Virus record (IMG/VR): IMGVR_UViG_3300026522_001173
DNA from: an uncultured virus (IMG/VR IMGVR_UViG_3300026522_001173)
Taxonomy: Duplodnaviria; Heunggongvirae; Uroviricota; Caudoviricetes
Length of the DNA stretch: 20,000 nucleotides
Direction: 5' to 3' (one strand)
In this document: in pieces, positions 16,981-20,000 of the stretch
Layout: every line of letters begins with the position of its first letter
Numbering within the stretch: the stretch's first letter is position 1
Position numbers and translations under genes: made by a program
The notes under the pieces: generated by a model
The model's input: only the letters and a program-made list of their open reading frames with translations
What the model was told of the DNA's origin: nothing
Database searches by the model: none

Positions 16981-17130
16981 TGCGGAAAATTGTGTGCCAA
17001 CAGGGATGCTGCTCGCCCCTATTGGAAACCCAGAGCCAAGGGGCTGCGCCCCTCTGGACACCCTTCATATTTTCCTCGAAAATGGTACCCAAACTGTAAA
17101 AATGCAGTTTGACACCATTCCTCAGGAAAT

Positions 17131-17185
17131 ATAAAACCGCTGCATATTCCATCCTGCTCGGGGATGAAAATTGCAGCGGTTTTAT
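17131..17185 (-). terminator. Strong hairpin terminator after the helicase-HNH operon (possibly bidirectional)
   Basis: ATAAAACCGCTGCA...TGCAGCGGTTTTAT is a perfect 14-bp inverted repeat with an inner CATCC/GGATG stem, abutting the stop codon at 17185-17187. Confidence 0.8.
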
Positions 17186-17718
17186 CATACTACTCGAAAT
17201 GTCAGCATCTGATCCAAATCGGCATCTTCGATAGAGCATGGCACGCCACCACGCAACGTCGCTCCCAGATGATAGAACAGCATACATCGGTTTATGTGTT
17301 GAAGCAACAACTGAGACCTTCGTTTATAGCCATACTGCTTGAGCAGGGTTCTCAGCTTAATTCTAACATAATCATTTCCATATCCATACAAAATACGGAT
17401 GCGGATGCTTTTGAAAAACAAATCCAAATCCGAGAAATCGCTGGTTAATTGGTCTGCTTGCAAAGTCCTGTTTGAATACGCCAAATCTTTCTGTATTGCA
17501 GGAAATTCTTTATCGATCACTGGTTTATCATAGAAATATTGTAACCAATGATAGGTGTCTAAAATGAATTTCCGCTGATTTGCTCTGTATGGAATATCGA
17601 GAAATGCTTTCTCGCCCTCCCATATCCGGTCAAGTATTCTGCTTTCATCTCGACAGCCGAGCTGCATACTGCTGACAATTACCGCAATATCGAGTGCAGA
17701 GTAGCATAACCCTTGCAT
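17185..17718 (-). CDS. Hypothetical protein (177 aa), partner of the helicase-HNH
   Basis: TAATG overlap with the upstream stop, followed by a terminator. Basic C-terminal segment YVRIKLRTLLKQYGYKRRS. Confidence 0.8.
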   Translation of the reverse strand: MQGLCYSALDIAVIVSSMQLGCRDESRILDRIWEGEKAFLDIPYRANQRKFILDTYHWLQYFYDKPVIDKEFPAIQKDLAYSNRTLQADQLTSDFSDLDLFFKSIRIRILYGYGNDYVRIKLRTLLKQYGYKRRSQLLLQHINRCMLFYHLGATLRGGVPCSIEDADLDQMLTFRVV

Positions 17719-20000
17719 TACTGATCACCTTTCGTTCCGTTGCACTGACGACAGAGAATTTGCAAATTTTCTACAACGCTTTTGCCGCCGTTGTTCATCG
17801 GAACGATATGATCGACTTGGAAATAGATACGTGACTTGTCTGCAACACCACAGCAAGCGCACCGGTAATTTCCATCTGCATCTTTAGCTTTTTCAAAAGC
17901 CTGATCTCTCAATTCCTTTTCCAAAGCAGGATTGATTTTCCCAATTTCATGCAAAGGCAAATCTTCTAATGCTCTGGTTCCATACTTTATGTTGTTTTCA
18001 TCATCGTATATATCGGGATGCGATAGTTTCATCAATTCGATGTTCAGCTGACGGAGGAAATAAAGTTTCCTACCAAAAAACAGGCGAAGCATATTATCAT
18101 CACTGGATTCCCAGAGCGAATCAATATACTCTGTTCTTTTGCGTTCGCCCATATCTTCGTCCCAAATATGCTGGGCAATTTTGCTAACATCAAGTTTGCT
18201 TCTGTCTACCTCAGCGAAAGTATAGAACTGCGGAACGGCTTCATATTGGGCATAATATTTCAGGATATTCAGAACATCCTTCCGTTCATAAGGAGGAATC
18301 ATCTCTCCGCAAAAGAACGAATCCCGGCACTGTGCTTCCATTTCATCAAGCTGCGCTTCTGTCAAATATTCTTCTGTTGCACCAAAAGACTTGAACAGGG
18401 AAGGAAGCGCATCCATCAAATTTTTATAGGCATTCTGTGTGCTGTCGTAGACCATTACCTGATAAGCGTGATCCATTCCGTTTTCTTCAAGATATGTAAA
18501 CGCATACATACCAACAGGGATTCTTTGCTCAAATGGCACTTTTTCCAACGCAGTAGTATCAACTGCATCATCCAAAATAGCTGCAAACTCCTCAATCTTG
18601 GAAATAGCAATCATGCGCAGATCTCGTTTGGCACGCTCAGATTCATTATCCTGAAAGTCATTGTTTCCATCAAATAGGCTTTCCGGATTAACCCATGCAA
18701 TATGCTCGTTCCAGTGGTCTACGAACGAAACAATATATGCGCTGGCTGTGCCGCCTGCTGCTGTACCACGCAATGCACGACCAACCATCTGCGTCATCAA
18801 AATGGAAGAAACAGTAGGTCTTGCCAAAAACACTGTTTTAGTTTTGGGCAAATCAACGCCCTCAGTCAAAATGTTGACATTGATCAAAACCTGCAACTTT
18901 CCATTTCGATAGTCTTCCAGCTTTCTTTCGTTATCCTCCCGGCTAATCGTCACACCAGTAATGGCATCCTTAACAGAAGATACGATGAAGTCAGCTTTGA
19001 TACCAGCTTTTTTGAAAAGAGAGGTCAACTGAATTGCATGAACCACATTAACGGCAAACAATATTGTCTGACCATAGTCATTCTGTTTTGCCTTATAAGT
19101 TTCGACAATCAGTTTGTTACGGGCTGCACTATCTGCCATCTGCTGTGCAACCTCATCCGGCAAAACATCCAAATGTTGAATGCTTTCCCATGCGTCAACA
19201 CCGAGAGAATCGCCGTATTCTTCATCCGTGTAAAAGCTTTCAAAAATAGGTTTTGCAAGAATCTGTCTGTTAATCAGTTCCTTTAGTCCGATCTGATATG
19301 TGATTCCAACATCACCGTGAACAACTCGTCCATCACTGATACCGTCAGTATATATTTTTGCTAACAGTCCCTGTTCTTCTTCAGCAGTACGGAACGGAGT
19401 AGCAGTTAAACCAATCAGTTTTAAATTAGGAACCTTTGCCTTTACATAATCAATGACCTTTCTGTACGTTTTTGCGGTTGAATGATGAGCTTCATCCACA
19501 ATCAAATACAGCTCTTTTTCACCTTTGAGCCATTGATCCAATCGATCAATGTTTCTTCCGATGCTGTCCTTGCTGACAATCAGCAAGTTGTCACCCGGAC
19601 GAATGTCGCTGGTTCGGTCATGGCTGGAAGCTCCAGAAACAATTCTAAAGCAGAAGGAAGAAATGTGGGGGACAACTTCTGTATAAGCAAACTTTTGAAA
19701 AGACTCAGCAGCCTGATCCAGCAACATCTGGCGATGGGCAATCCAAAGAATTTTCTTTCTCTTATCAATAGCATTTTTTAAGAGCCACATGGAAGCAGTA
19801 TATGTCTTACCACCACCAGTAGGAAGAACTACCAGTGTGCTGTATGATGCCTCCTGATTCATCTTATCCAATGCTTCCATTGCCTTCTTCTGATGCTCGT
19901 AAGGCGTTCTGGTATTTGTTCCTTTTTTGGGAAAAATATCACCAAAGGATTTTACTTCTACATAATTTGTAAAGTTTTGTTTGTCTAATTCATTCATCAT
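17718..20000 (-). CDS. SF2 (ResIII/DEAH-type) helicase fused to a C-terminal HNH endonuclease
   Basis: LPTGGGKT, IVDEAHH, LTATP, LTEGVD and QMVGRALR; C-terminal CACCG...QVDHIVPMNNGGKSVVENLQILCRQCN. The start lies at the window edge, so RBS and any N-terminal extension cannot be seen. Confidence 0.9.
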   Translation of the reverse strand: MMNELDKQNFTNYVEVKSFGDIFPKKGTNTRTPYEHQKKAMEALDKMNQEASYSTLVVLPTGGGKTYTASMWLLKNAIDKRKKILWIAHRQMLLDQAAESFQKFAYTEVVPHISSFCFRIVSGASSHDRTSDIRPGDNLLIVSKDSIGRNIDRLDQWLKGEKELYLIVDEAHHSTAKTYRKVIDYVKAKVPNLKLIGLTATPFRTAEEEQGLLAKIYTDGISDGRVVHGDVGITYQIGLKELINRQILAKPIFESFYTDEEYGDSLGVDAWESIQHLDVLPDEVAQQMADSAARNKLIVETYKAKQNDYGQTILFAVNVVHAIQLTSLFKKAGIKADFIVSSVKDAITGVTISREDNERKLEDYRNGKLQVLINVNILTEGVDLPKTKTVFLARPTVSSILMTQMVGRALRGTAAGGTASAYIVSFVDHWNEHIAWVNPESLFDGNNDFQDNESERAKRDLRMIAISKIEEFAAILDDAVDTTALEKVPFEQRIPVGMYAFTYLEENGMDHAYQVMVYDSTQNAYKNLMDALPSLFKSFGATEEYLTEAQLDEMEAQCRDSFFCGEMIPPYERKDVLNILKYYAQYEAVPQFYTFAEVDRSKLDVSKIAQHIWDEDMGERKRTEYIDSLWESSDDNMLRLFFGRKLYFLRQLNIELMKLSHPDIYDDENNIKYGTRALEDLPLHEIGKINPALEKELRDQAFEKAKDADGNYRCACCGVADKSRIYFQVDHIVPMNNGGKSVVENLQILCRQCNGTKGDQ

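Larger units (their letters stand above)
14564..20000. mobile_element. Remnant of an integrative mobilisable element with defence-like cargo
   Basis: CHC2 gene, HTH/XRE/sigma operon, MOBV oriT and an AT-richer cargo operon. No recombinase or relaxase is visible in the window. Confidence 0.6.

Noticed and set aside
16722..17448. Short ORFs across the oriT region (16722-16973, 16904-17134, 16970-17287, 17164-17448)
   Set aside because: No convincing RBS or motifs; they overlap hairpins, the oriT and the terminator, and none resembles a relaxase.
17718..20000. Calling the helicase-HNH a type I HsdR, type III Res or Cas3 subunit
   Set aside because: No hsdM/hsdS, mod or cas genes in view, and the nuclease is a C-terminal HNH rather than PD-(D/E)XK or HD. 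The upstream context is outside the window, so this cannot be fully excluded.

Overview
Composite mobile region from what looks like a Firmicutes/Clostridia-type genome, in three blocks joined at abrupt junctions. (1) 1-~8655, minus strand: a siphovirus-like prophage arm running from replication to packaging. Read in transcription order it holds a DUF4406-like gene, a PD-(D/E)XK nuclease, a VapE-type primase/helicase, an iteron-rich ori, VRR-NUC, SNF2 helicase, a RinA/ArpU-like activator, a late promoter, HNH, a putative cos region, terminase small subunit, a compact SAM synthetase and a ParB-DNA methyltransferase. (2) ~8660-14570, plus strand, opposite to block 1: a tail module that starts with only the last ~45 codons of a tape-measure-like gene, continues with Dit, a large tail protein and two small genes, and ends in a truncated GH18 hydrolase. 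(3) ~14565-20000: a remnant of an integrative mobilisable element with a truncated CHC2 zinc-finger gene, an HTH/XRE/sigma-factor operon, a MOBV (pMV158/RSA-type) oriT with no relaxase in the window, and an AT-richer, translationally coupled pair (SF2 helicase-HNH fusion plus a 177-aa unknown protein). That pair is the best candidate for an undescribed anti-phage system. All family assignments come from motif recognition by eye; no searches were run.
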